Sequence record: OK272473.1 | Strand: one strand, 5' to 3' | Length of the DNA stretch: 64,000 nt | Origin: Escherichia phage JLBYU31 | Shown: one piece after another, positions 11,593-20,187 of the stretch | Position numbering within the stretch: position 1 is the stretch's first letter | Layout of the letters: every line of letters begins with the position of its first letter | Position numbers and translations under genes: made by a program | The notes under the pieces: generated by a model | Database searches by the model: none | Seen by the model: only the letters and a program-made list of their open reading frames with translations | Told to the model about the DNA's origin: nothing

Positions 11593-11760
11593 CTATAGCA
11601 AAAGTTGTGTTTCATTTAATTGTTCTTCCGAACTTTCTGAAACTGGTAGTTCTTTAATGTAATTATAGCAAGGCCCAGGATGTACAGGACCTTTGTCTGT
11701 TTCAACAACCAATGCAGAATCGATTGGAGTTTTACAGACAACACAAATCTTATCTGACAT
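11593..11760 (-). CDS. small Cys-rich protein (55 aa, uvsY.-2-like position)
   Basis: ATG with SD GAGGAGACAATC, translation MSDKICVVCKTPIDS..HPGPCYNY; below the 60-aa cutoff of the ORF track. Confidence 0.6.
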   Translation of the reverse strand: MSDKICVVCKTPIDSALVVETDKGPVHPGPCYNYIKELPVSESSEEQLNETQLLL

Positions 11761-11785
11761 GATTGTCTCCTCTGAATTATATATC

Positions 11786-11793
11786 TATTTATA
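11786..11793 (-). promoter_or_regulatory. late promoter TATAAATA (minus strand) upstream of the 55-aa ORF
   Basis: Plus-strand TATTTATA = minus TATAAATA, 26 nt upstream of the ATG at 11760. Confidence 0.5.
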
Positions 11794-12013
11794 CAACTCT
11801 CATATGCATATCAATGCCCATATCTTTAGAATAAAAATATTCATCAAGATATCCGGCAAATTTTCCTTTAATATAAAGGACATCTTCACCGCACGGGTGG
11901 TCGGCCAGGATACGAATATCCTGACGCTTAAGATTATGCTTTTTCATTAAGAATTGAATTTCCGTTTCAAATTCTTCTTCATAATTAAAAGCATCATCAA
12001 TGCTATATCTCAT
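11789..12013 (-). CDS. hypothetical protein (74 aa)
   Basis: ORF with ATG, start overlaps the uvsY stop. Confidence 0.6.
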   Translation of the reverse strand: MRYSIDDAFNYEEEFETEIQFLMKKHNLKRQDIRILADHPCGEDVLYIKGKFAGYLDEYFYSKDMGIDMHMRVV

Positions 12014-12426
12014 TATTTTCCAGCCTCAAATGCTCGCATGTCTTGAATATGCTTAATAGCAAATCCACGTGATTTGATAGCATCAAGAGCTCCGCTACAG
12101 AAATCCAATAAAATCCCCCAATATTGTAATGAAGTATCAACCTTTAAAACATCCTTATCAGCTGATAGAACTGTCTTCATTTCTGATTTCTCGTAACGAT
12201 CCATACTAAATTCATCACCATCTCCTCGTCCCGAGTAGTAGTCTAATTTAGCTTTAAGAGCAACTTTTTTCTGTGCATCAATTCTAAGCATTTCCTTTTT
12301 AATACTTGAATGCTTATTAAGCCATTTACTATATAACATCACATTATTAGCTGCTTCATACTGTAATTTAGTCGAATCTATAAACACATCTTTCTTCAAT
12401 TCTTCTTGAAGATCTTCTAATCTCAT
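12013..12426 (-). CDS. uvsY: UvsY recombination mediator
   Basis: 137-aa ORF (same length as T4 UvsY), N-terminus MRLEDLQEELKKDVF; T4 position. Confidence 0.9.
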   Translation of the reverse strand: MRLEDLQEELKKDVFIDSTKLQYEAANNVMLYSKWLNKHSSIKKEMLRIDAQKKVALKAKLDYYSGRGDGDEFSMDRYEKSEMKTVLSADKDVLKVDTSLQYWGILLDFCSGALDAIKSRGFAIKHIQDMRAFEAGK

Positions 12427-12466
12427 ATTGTTCTCTATTCAATTGTTATTGGATGGACTTAGATTC

Positions 12467-12494
12467 ATTATACCACGTTTATACGTGAAGCATT
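12467..12494 (-). promoter_or_regulatory. middle promoter: MotA box AATGCTTCA + 13 nt + TATAAT upstream of uvsY
   Basis: MotA-box consensus (a/t)(a/t)TGCTT(t/c)A and -10 TATAAT read on minus strand. Confidence 0.55.
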
Positions 12495-12891
12495 ATACTC
12501 TATTACTGGAAGCCAGTTGTAGTTTTATCTGCTCAATATCATCAGGGTTATCGATGACTGAAAAGCGTATTTCTACTATCAAAGTATAATCATCATAAAC
12601 CGGTATTACATTAACTGCTAATTTATCAATACGTGGCTCATAGTTTCTTACTGCGCTTTCGATATTACGCTCAACCGTGTCAGCAGTAAGAGGAGTCATA
12701 TTCTCAAAAAGTTGGTCAGATAAATCACATCCAAATTCAGGGTCAAACGGTCTTGAACCTTTTCTTGTTGTAATAATTCCTAAAAGACTATTTTTAATTG
12801 ACCTTAATCCAAGTGATCTTGAAACGTCTTTGTTCCAATCCATTTTCATCTCTGGGTCAATATCAGAATAAAGCTTATTAATATTTGCCAT
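12493..12891 (-). CDS. 25: baseplate wedge protein gp25
   Basis: 132-aa ORF, ATG overlaps gene 26 stop; T4 position. Confidence 0.9.
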   Translation of the reverse strand: MANINKLYSDIDPEMKMDWNKDVSRSLGLRSIKNSLLGIITTRKGSRPFDPEFGCDLSDQLFENMTPLTADTVERNIESAVRNYEPRIDKLAVNVIPVYDDYTLIVEIRFSVIDNPDDIEQIKLQLASSNRV

Positions 12892-13517
12892 TACAATAGC
12901 TCAAAGAATTCTTTGAGTCCTCTTATTACATGAGCGTGAGTTTTTCCACACTCTGGACACTTAATTGGAACAGCCAAATAAACGGTAGGCTTTAAAAGCA
13001 TATCTTTTATAGCTACAATATCTGACTCTGTGATGATAGAATATAAATCTTCCAGTTCTTTTTCATTTAAGTCTTCAACTGGAATGCTTTCCCCGTTAGC
13101 ATGAATCGTTTCTATACATGATACTATCATGTGGGCTATATTTTTATCATCAAAAATTTTAGGGTAATGGAATTTAATTTTAATGTCACCCAGTGTATAC
13201 CAGAGGTCTTCTGGTGCATCTATTTGTGTATGTAATAGATTTATATGGGTTGGTATTTCAGTTCCACAGGTGCACTTCCAGGAGTTTTCGTGATTAACTT
13301 CACCAAGAGAATGTGCCCATAAATGAATCAACAATAGTTCTGATTCTTGGCGGTTTAAATCTTTTGCATTTGTGCAGTCTTTGATTAGCTTTTTAACAAT
13401 TACTTCTACGGAACCATTATTTTTGGCAGTAATAAGTTCTAGATATTCTTTAAGCGTGAATGCGCGACAATTGATTATTTTAGAACCAACTCTCACATTA
13501 AATTTGTATTCATACAT
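12891..13517 (-). CDS. 26: baseplate hub subunit gp26
   Basis: 208-aa ORF, T4 position. Confidence 0.85.
   Translation of the reverse strand: MYEYKFNVRVGSKIINCRAFTLKEYLELITAKNNGSVEVIVKKLIKDCTNAKDLNRQESELLLIHLWAHSLGEVNHENSWKCTCGTEIPTHINLLHTQIDAPEDLWYTLGDIKIKFHYPKIFDDKNIAHMIVSCIETIHANGESIPVEDLNEKELEDLYSIITESDIVAIKDMLLKPTVYLAVPIKCPECGKTHAHVIRGLKEFFELL
12900..12924 (-). promoter_or_regulatory. split ribosome-binding site of gene 25: SD AAGAGGA, perfect 18-nt palindromic hairpin CTCAAAGAA/TTCTTTGAG, then AUG
   Basis: Hairpin between SD and AUG read in sequence; matches the arrangement described for T4 gene 25 translation initiation. Confidence 0.6.
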
Positions 13518-13538
13518 ATTTAGCTCCTTTATTTATCA

Positions 13539-13546
13539 TATTTATA
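13539..13546 (-). promoter_or_regulatory. late promoter TATAAATA (minus) for genes 26/25
   Basis: Part of palindromic TATTTATAAATA; 22 nt upstream of the gene 26 ATG. Confidence 0.55.
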
Positions 13547-13550
13547 AATA
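13543..13550 (+). promoter_or_regulatory. late promoter TATAAATA (plus) for genes 51/27
   Basis: Exact TATAAATA 18 nt upstream of the gene 51 ATG, SD AAAGGAG. Confidence 0.6.
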
Positions 13551-13567
13551 GAATAAAAGGAGCATCT

Positions 13568-14317
13568 ATGGCAAACATTATTCGTTGTAAATTACCAGAT
13601 GGTGTTCATCGTTTTAAACCATTTACGGTAGAAGATTATCGAGATTTTTTGTTAGTTCGAAACGATATAGAACATCGGTCACCACAAGAACAAAAAGAAA
13701 TAATTGCTGATTTAATTGCCGATTATTTTGGAGACTATCCGAAGACTTGGCAACCATTTATATTTTTGCAGGTATTTGTAGGGTCAATAGGTAAAACTAA
13801 AGTACCGGTCACATTTGTATGTCCAAAATGTAAAAAAGAAAAGACAGTTCCATTTGAAATATATCAAAAAGAATTAAAGGAACCTGTTTTTGATGTAGCT
13901 AATGTTAAAATTAAATTAAAGTTTCCTTCTGAGTTTTATGAAAATAAAGCAAAGATGATTACTGAAAATATTCATTCTGTTCAAGTAGATGAAATATGGT
14001 ATGATTGGAAGGAAATTAGCGAGTCCAGTCAAATAGAACTAGTTGATGCCATCGAGATAGAAACATTAGAAAAAATTCTCGATGCAATGAATCCTATTAA
14101 TTTAACTCTACATATGTCATGCTGTAATAAGTACATTAAAAAATACACTGATATAGTAGATGTGTTTAAGCTATTAGTTAACCCAGATGAAATATTTACT
14201 TTTTATCAAATTAATCACACACTCGTAAAAAGTAATTATAGCTTAAATTCAATAATGAAAATGATTCCTGCCGAGCGCGGATTCGTATTAAAACTGATTG
14301 AGAAGGATAAACAATAA
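13568..14317 (+). CDS. 51: baseplate hub assembly protein gp51
   Basis: 249-aa ORF, T4 position. Confidence 0.85.
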   Translation: MANIIRCKLPDGVHRFKPFTVEDYRDFLLVRNDIEHRSPQEQKEIIADLIADYFGDYPKTWQPFIFLQVFVGSIGKTKVPVTFVCPKCKKEKTVPFEIYQKELKEPVFDVANVKIKLKFPSEFYENKAKMITENIHSVQVDEIWYDWKEISESSQIELVDAIEIETLEKILDAMNPINLTLHMSCCNKYIKKYTDIVDVFKLLVNPDEIFTFYQINHTLVKSNYSLNSIMKMIPAERGFVLKLIEKDKQ

Positions 14318-15492
14318 TGAGTATGTTGCAACGCCCCGGATATCCAAATCTCAGCGTTAAATTATTTGATAGCTACGACGCTTGGAGTAATAATAGATTT
14401 GTTGAATTAGCTGCTACTATTACCACATTAACTATGCGGGATTCTCTTTATGGCCGAAATGAAGGAATGCTACAGTTTTATGATTCTAAAAACATCCATA
14501 CAAAAATGGATGGAAATGAAATAATTCAGATTTCTGTAGCTAATGCAAACGATATTAATAATGTTAAAACACGAATTTATGGATGTAAGCATTTTTCCGT
14601 GTCAGTAGATTCAAAAGGCGATAACATCATTGCTATTGAATTGGGAACTATTCATTCTATAGAAAATCTTAAATTTGGTAGACCATTTTTCCCTGATGCA
14701 GGTGAATCTATAAAAGAAATGCTTGGTGTCATTTATCAAGATCGCACATTATTAACTCCAGCAATAAATGCTATAAATGCTTATGTTCCTGATATTCCAT
14801 GGACTAGCACATTTGAAAACTATTTGTCATATGTAAGAGAAGTTGCTCTAGCTGTAGGAAGCGACAAATTTGTATTTGTATGGCAAGACATCATGGGAGT
14901 TAACATGATGGACTATGATATGATGATAAATCAAGAACCATACCCAATGATTGTCGGTGAGCCATCTTTAATAGGTCAATTTGTCCAAGAATTAAAATAT
15001 CCATTAGCATATGATTTCGTTTGGTTGACTAAATCGAATCCTCACAAACGTGACCCAATGAAAAATGCTACTATCTATGCTCATTCATTTTTAGATTCTT
15101 CACTGCCAATGATTACTACAGGAAAGGGCGAAAACTCTATTGTGGTGTCAAGGTCAGGTGCTTATTCTGAAATGACTTATAGGAATGGATATGAAGAAGC
15201 TATTCGTCTTCAAACTATGGCACAATATGACGGCTATGCTAAATGTTCTACTGTCGGTAATTTTAACTTGACTCCTGGTGTTAAAATTATTTTTAATGAT
15301 AGTAAAAACCAATTTAAAACAGAATTTTACGTTGATGAAGTTATCCATGAATTATCAAATAATAATTCAGTAACTCATCTATATATGTTCACTAATGCAA
15401 CGAAACTGGAAACAATAGACCCAGTTAAGGTTAAAAATGAATTTAAATCTGATACTACCACTGAAGAAAGTAGTTCTTCCAATAAGCAATAA
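14317..15492 (+). CDS. 27: baseplate hub subunit gp27
   Basis: 391-aa ORF, TAATG coupling to gene 51. Confidence 0.9.
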   Translation: MSMLQRPGYPNLSVKLFDSYDAWSNNRFVELAATITTLTMRDSLYGRNEGMLQFYDSKNIHTKMDGNEIIQISVANANDINNVKTRIYGCKHFSVSVDSKGDNIIAIELGTIHSIENLKFGRPFFPDAGESIKEMLGVIYQDRTLLTPAINAINAYVPDIPWTSTFENYLSYVREVALAVGSDKFVFVWQDIMGVNMMDYDMMINQEPYPMIVGEPSLIGQFVQELKYPLAYDFVWLTKSNPHKRDPMKNATIYAHSFLDSSLPMITTGKGENSIVVSRSGAYSEMTYRNGYEEAIRLQTMAQYDGYAKCSTVGNFNLTPGVKIIFNDSKNQFKTEFYVDEVIHELSNNNSVTHLYMFTNATKLETIDPVKVKNEFKSDTTTEESSSSNKQ

Positions 15493-15970
15493 AGAAGTTT
15501 CTATTCCTAAAATGGGTCTTAAACATTATAACATTTTAAAAGATGTTAAAGGTCCTGATGAAAATTTAAAACTTCTTATTGATTCTATTTGTCCGAATTT
15601 GTCACCAGCAGAAGTTGATTTCGTTTCTATTCATTTATTGGAATTTAATGGAAAGATTAAATCTCGTAAAGAAATAGATGGTTATACTTATGACATTAAT
15701 GATGTTTATGTATGCCAAAGATTAGAATTTCAATACCAAGGAAATACATTTTATTTTAGACCTCCTGGAAAATTTGAACAATTTTTAACGGTGAGCGATA
15801 TGTTATCTAAATGCTTGCTTAAGGTCAACGATGAAGTTAAAGAAATTAATTTTCTTGAGATGCCAGCATTCGTTTTAAAATGGGCAAATGATATTTTTAC
15901 AACTTTAGCAATTCCTGGCCCTAATGGTCCAATAACTGGAATTGGCAATATTATTGGATTATTTGAATGA
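15437..15970 (+). CDS. 28: baseplate hub distal subunit gp28
   Basis: 177-aa ORF overlapping the 3' end of gene 27 by 56 nt. Confidence 0.8.
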   Translation: MNLNLILPLKKVVLPISNKEVSIPKMGLKHYNILKDVKGPDENLKLLIDSICPNLSPAEVDFVSIHLLEFNGKIKSRKEIDGYTYDINDVYVCQRLEFQYQGNTFYFRPPGKFEQFLTVSDMLSKCLLKVNDEVKEINFLEMPAFVLKWANDIFTTLAIPGPNGPITGIGNIIGLFE

Positions 15971-17739
15971 AAAAGCCACAAGAAATGCAAACGATGCGTA
16001 GAAAAGTTATTTCAGATAATAAACCAACACAGGAAGCGGCTAAATCCGCTTCCAACACTTTATCTGGACTTAATGATATATCTACGAAATTGGATGATGC
16101 TCAAGCTGCTTCTGAATTAATAGCTCAAACTGTCGAAGAAAAATCGAATGAAATAGTTGGAGCAATTGGTAACGTAGAAAGCGCAGTGAGTGATACTACT
16201 GCTGGTTCTGAGTTAATTGCTGAAACTGTCGAAATTGGCAACAATATTAATAAAGAAATCGGTGAATCACTCGGAAGCAAATTAGATAAATTAACAAGTT
16301 TACTAGAGCAAAAAATCCAGACAGCTGGAATTCAACAAACAGGAACTAGTTTAGCTACGGTTGAAAGCGCTATTCCCGTTAAAGTCGTTGAGGATGATAC
16401 TGCTGAATCTGTGGGTCCTTTATTACCAGCTCCTGAAGCAGTTAATAATGATCCTGACGCTGATTTTTTCCCTACCCCTCAGCCAGTTGAGCCAAAGCAA
16501 GAATCACCAGAAGAAAAACAGAAAAAAGAAGCATTTAACTTAAAATTATCTCAAGCTTTAGATAAATTAACAAAGACAGTTGATTTTGGATTTAAGAAAT
16601 CCATTTCAATTACTGATAAAATATCAAGCATGCTATTTAAGTATACCGTCAGTGCTGCTATTGAAGCTGCTAAAATGACTGCAATGATATTGGCTGTTGT
16701 TGTTGGAATAGACCTGTTGATGGTTCATTTTAAATACTGGTCAGATAAATTTTCAAAAGCCTGGGATTTATTTAATACTGACTTTACTAAATTCTCTAGC
16801 GAAACCGGAACATGGGGTCCTTTATTACAGAGCATCTTTGATTCTATTGATAAAATTAAACAACTTTGGGAAGCGGGAGATTGGGGTGGATTGACAGCAG
16901 CTATTGTTGAAGGACTCGGAAGTGTTCTTTTTAATTTAGGTGAACTTATTCAATTAGGTATGGCTAAATTATCTGCAGCAATTCTTCGAGTCATTCCTGG
17001 TATGAAGGATACTGCTGATGAAGTAGAAGGAAGAGCATTAGAAAATTTCCAAAATTCTACTGGAGCATCTCTCAATAAAGAAGACCAGGAAAAAGTTGCA
17101 AATTATCAAGATAAACGAATGAACGGAGACCTTGGTCCGATAGCAAAAGGATTAGATAAAATTGCTAATTGGAAAACTCGTGCATCTAATTGGATTCGTG
17201 GTGTAGATAATAAAGAAGCACTGACTACCGACGAAGAACGTGCAGCAGAAGAAGAAAAATTAAAGCAACTTTCACCTGAAGAAAGAAAAAATGCTTTAAT
17301 GAAGGCTAATGAAGCCCGTGCCGCAATGATTCGCTTTGAAAAATATGCTGATTCAGCTGATATGAGTAAAGACTCAACGGTTAAATCTGTTGAATCTGCC
17401 TATGAAGACCTTAAAAAACGGATGGATGACCCGGATTTAAATAATTCACCGGCAGTTAAAAAAGAACTTGCTGCTAGATTTTCTAAAATTGATGCTACTT
17501 ATCAAGAGCTCAAGAAAAATCAGCCTAATGCCAAACCTGAAACTTCTGCTAAATCGCCAGAAGCAAAACAAGTCCAGGTAATAGAAAAGAACAAAGCACA
17601 GCAAGCTCCTGTTCAACAAGCATCTCCTTCAATCAACAATACTAATAATGTTATTAAGAAAAATACTGTCGTTCATAATATGACACCTGTCACAAGCACA
17701 ACTGCTCCTGGTGTATTTGATGCGACTGGGGTTAATTAA
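15967..17739 (+). CDS. 29: tail length tape-measure / baseplate hub protein gp29
   Basis: 590-aa ORF, ATGA overlap with gene 28. Confidence 0.9.
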   Translation: MKKPQEMQTMRRKVISDNKPTQEAAKSASNTLSGLNDISTKLDDAQAASELIAQTVEEKSNEIVGAIGNVESAVSDTTAGSELIAETVEIGNNINKEIGESLGSKLDKLTSLLEQKIQTAGIQQTGTSLATVESAIPVKVVEDDTAESVGPLLPAPEAVNNDPDADFFPTPQPVEPKQESPEEKQKKEAFNLKLSQALDKLTKTVDFGFKKSISITDKISSMLFKYTVSAAIEAAKMTAMILAVVVGIDLLMVHFKYWSDKFSKAWDLFNTDFTKFSSETGTWGPLLQSIFDSIDKIKQLWEAGDWGGLTAAIVEGLGSVLFNLGELIQLGMAKLSAAILRVIPGMKDTADEVEGRALENFQNSTGASLNKEDQEKVANYQDKRMNGDLGPIAKGLDKIANWKTRASNWIRGVDNKEALTTDEERAAEEEKLKQLSPEERKNALMKANEARAAMIRFEKYADSADMSKDSTVKSVESAYEDLKKRMDDPDLNNSPAVKKELAARFSKIDATYQELKKNQPNAKPETSAKSPEAKQVQVIEKNKAQQAPVQQASPSINNTNNVIKKNTVVHNMTPVTSTTAPGVFDATGVN

Positions 17740-17747
17740 GGAATAAT

Positions 17748-18842
17748 ATGGCAATTGTTAAAGAAATAACTGCTGATTTAATTAAAAAGTCCGGTGAGAA
17801 AATTTCAGCCGGACAGAGTACTAAATCAGAAGTAGGAACTAAAACATACACAGCCCAGTTTCCAACTGGGCGTGCTAGTGGTAATGACACTACAGGGGAC
17901 TTCCAGGTAACAGATCTATATAAGAATGGATTATTATTTACTGCATACAATATGTCATCTAGGGATTCTGGAAGTCTTAGATCGATGAGATCTAACTACT
18001 CTTCTTCATCTTCGAGTATTTTACGTACAGCCAGAAACACTATCAGTAATACAGTATCAAAACTGTCAAATGGATTAATATCAGATAATAATTCAGGAAC
18101 AATAAGTAAAGCCCCTGTTGCAAATATTCTTTTACCAAGATCTAAATCCGATGTTGATACATCATCACATAGATTTAATGATGTTCAAGAAAGTCTTATC
18201 AGCAGAGGCGGAGGTACTGCTACTGGTGTGCTAAGTAATATTGCTTCAACTGCAGTATTTGGAGCACTGGAAAGTATAACACAAGGTATAATGGCTGATA
18301 ATAATGAACAAATATACACTACGGCTCGAAGTATGTATGGTGGTGCTGAAAATAGAACTAAAGTGTTTACTTGGGATTTGACTCCACGTTCAACAGAAGA
18401 TTTAATGGCTATTATTAATATCTATCAATATTTTAACTATTTTTCTTATGGTGAAACTGGTAAATCTCAATATGCTGCTGAAATAAAGGGGTATTTAGAT
18501 GATTGGTATCGTTCTACGTTAATTGAACCTTTATCTCCGGAAGACGCAGCTAAAAATAAAACACTATTTGAGAAAATGACATCGAGTTTAACTAACGTTC
18601 TAGTAGTTTCAAACCCGACAATTTGGATGGTGAAAAACTTTGGTGCAACATCTAAGTTTGATGGAAAAACGGAAATATTTGGTCCATGCCAAATACAAAG
18701 CATTAGATTTGATAAAACGCCTAATGGTAACTTTAACGGATTAGCTATTGCTCCAAATCTCCCTAGTACATTTACTCTCGAGATTACTATGAGAGAAATT
18801 ATCACGTTAAACCGTGCTTCTTTATATGCGGGGACTTTTTAA
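17748..18842 (+). CDS. 48: baseplate-tail tube junction protein gp48
   Basis: 364-aa ORF, T4 position. Confidence 0.9.
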   Translation: MAIVKEITADLIKKSGEKISAGQSTKSEVGTKTYTAQFPTGRASGNDTTGDFQVTDLYKNGLLFTAYNMSSRDSGSLRSMRSNYSSSSSSILRTARNTISNTVSKLSNGLISDNNSGTISKAPVANILLPRSKSDVDTSSHRFNDVQESLISRGGGTATGVLSNIASTAVFGALESITQGIMADNNEQIYTTARSMYGGAENRTKVFTWDLTPRSTEDLMAIINIYQYFNYFSYGETGKSQYAAEIKGYLDDWYRSTLIEPLSPEDAAKNKTLFEKMTSSLTNVLVVSNPTIWMVKNFGATSKFDGKTEIFGPCQIQSIRFDKTPNGNFNGLAIAPNLPSTFTLEITMREIITLNRASLYAGTF

Positions 18843-19807
18843 TGTATTCTTTAGAGGAATTTAATAATCAAGCAATAAACGCAGATTTCCAACGTAATAA
18901 TATGTTTAGCTGCGTTTTTGCGACAACTCCATCAACTAAAAGCTCTTCGTTGATAAGTTCAATTAGCAACTTTTCTTATAATAACTTGGGTCTAAATTCA
19001 GACTGGTTAGGATTGTCTCAAGGCGATATTAATCAGGGAATTACTACGCTAATTACAGCTGGCACACAAAAACTGATAAGAAAATCAGGGGTTAGTAAAT
19101 ATCTTATTGGTGCTATGAGTCAGCGTACTGTCCAGAGTTTATTAGGCTCATTTACAGTTGGTACATATTTAATTGACTTCTTTAACATGGCATATAACTC
19201 ATCTGGATTGATGATATATTCTGTAAAAATGCCAGAGAATAGATTATCCTATGAAACTGACTGGAACTATAATTCTCCTAATATTCGTATAACTGGAAGA
19301 GAATTAGACCCTTTGGTTATTTCATTTAGAATGGATTCAGAAGCTTGTAACTATCGTGCAATGCAAGACTGGGTTAACTCCGTTCAAGACCCAGTAACTG
19401 GATTACGTGCTTTGCCACAAGATGTCGAGGCAGATATTCAGGTTAATCTTCATTCTCGCAATGGATTACCTCATACTGCGGTAATGTTCACTGGATGCAT
19501 TCCAGTGTCAGTGAGCGCTCCTGAGTTATCATATGATGGAGATAACCAAATAACTACATTTGATGTTACTTTTGCGTATAGAGTCATGCAGGCTGGAGCA
19601 GTTGATAGACAAGCTGCGCTTGAATGGCTTGAATCTGCTGCTATAAATGGTATTCAAAGCGTTCTTGGAAATAGCGGAGGTGTTACTGGACTATCTAATT
19701 CGCTTTCACGACTCAGTAGATTAGGAGGAACTGCGGGGAGCATTTCAAACATTAATACTATGACAGGAATTGTCAATTCGCAAAGTAAAATATTAGGAGC
19801 AATATAA
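18842..19807 (+). CDS. 54: baseplate-tail tube initiator gp54
   Basis: 321-aa ORF, TAATG coupling to gene 48. Confidence 0.9.
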   Translation: MYSLEEFNNQAINADFQRNNMFSCVFATTPSTKSSSLISSISNFSYNNLGLNSDWLGLSQGDINQGITTLITAGTQKLIRKSGVSKYLIGAMSQRTVQSLLGSFTVGTYLIDFFNMAYNSSGLMIYSVKMPENRLSYETDWNYNSPNIRITGRELDPLVISFRMDSEACNYRAMQDWVNSVQDPVTGLRALPQDVEADIQVNLHSRNGLPHTAVMFTGCIPVSVSAPELSYDGDNQITTFDVTFAYRVMQAGAVDRQAALEWLESAAINGIQSVLGNSGGVTGLSNSLSRLSRLGGTAGSISNINTMTGIVNSQSKILGAI

Positions 19808-19810
19808 CAA

Positions 19811-19841
19811 TGGGGACCTTTCGGTCCCCATGTTTTTATTT
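19811..19841. terminator. hairpin TGGGGACC-TTTC-GGTCCCCA followed by TGTTTTTATTT, between convergent gene 54 and minus-strand ORF
   Basis: 8-bp stem, T-run on plus side. Confidence 0.75.
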
Positions 19842-20126
19842 ACGGAATGAAATAAAAGCAGCAACTGAAGCAACTAAACTGTCTTCAATATAAACTTCAA
19901 TTTTTACCGGAGCTTCTGACTCAAATTTACCTGTTACTACACCTTGGAAAATGCTTTCAGTCTGTTCTGGCTTTGAAAAATTTTCAGAAGGAAAAATTCC
20001 GAACTTTTTATCTGTTCCAAAAATTTTGATAAATTCATCGTAAACTGCTTCATTAAAAGCATTATCAGCAGGAATAACGCCTTCAACTACAAGTTCTTGA
20101 CCTAAAAAGCGCAAAGAAGATTTCAT
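19836..20126 (-). CDS. hypothetical protein (96 aa)
   Basis: ATG preceded by SD GAGGAA and the early-promoter repeat. Confidence 0.65.
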   Translation of the reverse strand: MKSSLRFLGQELVVEGVIPADNAFNEAVYDEFIKIFGTDKKFGIFPSENFSKPEQTESIFQGVVTGKFESEAPVKIEVYIEDSLVASVAAFISFRK

Positions 20127-20133
20127 TTTGTGT

Positions 20134-20187
20134 TCCTCATGTTATGTCAGTAAGATTACTATAACACAACACGAGGGACTTGTAAAC
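20134..20187. repeat. 54-bp perfect direct repeat, copy 1 (copy 2 at 35952-36005)
   Basis: Identical 54 nt at both loci, checked base by base. Confidence 0.9.
20158..20187 (-). promoter_or_regulatory. early promoter GTTTAC-N18-TATAGT with TGn extended -10 (minus strand)
   Basis: Matches T4 early promoter architecture; located directly after the stop of the upstream Alt paralog. Confidence 0.6.
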
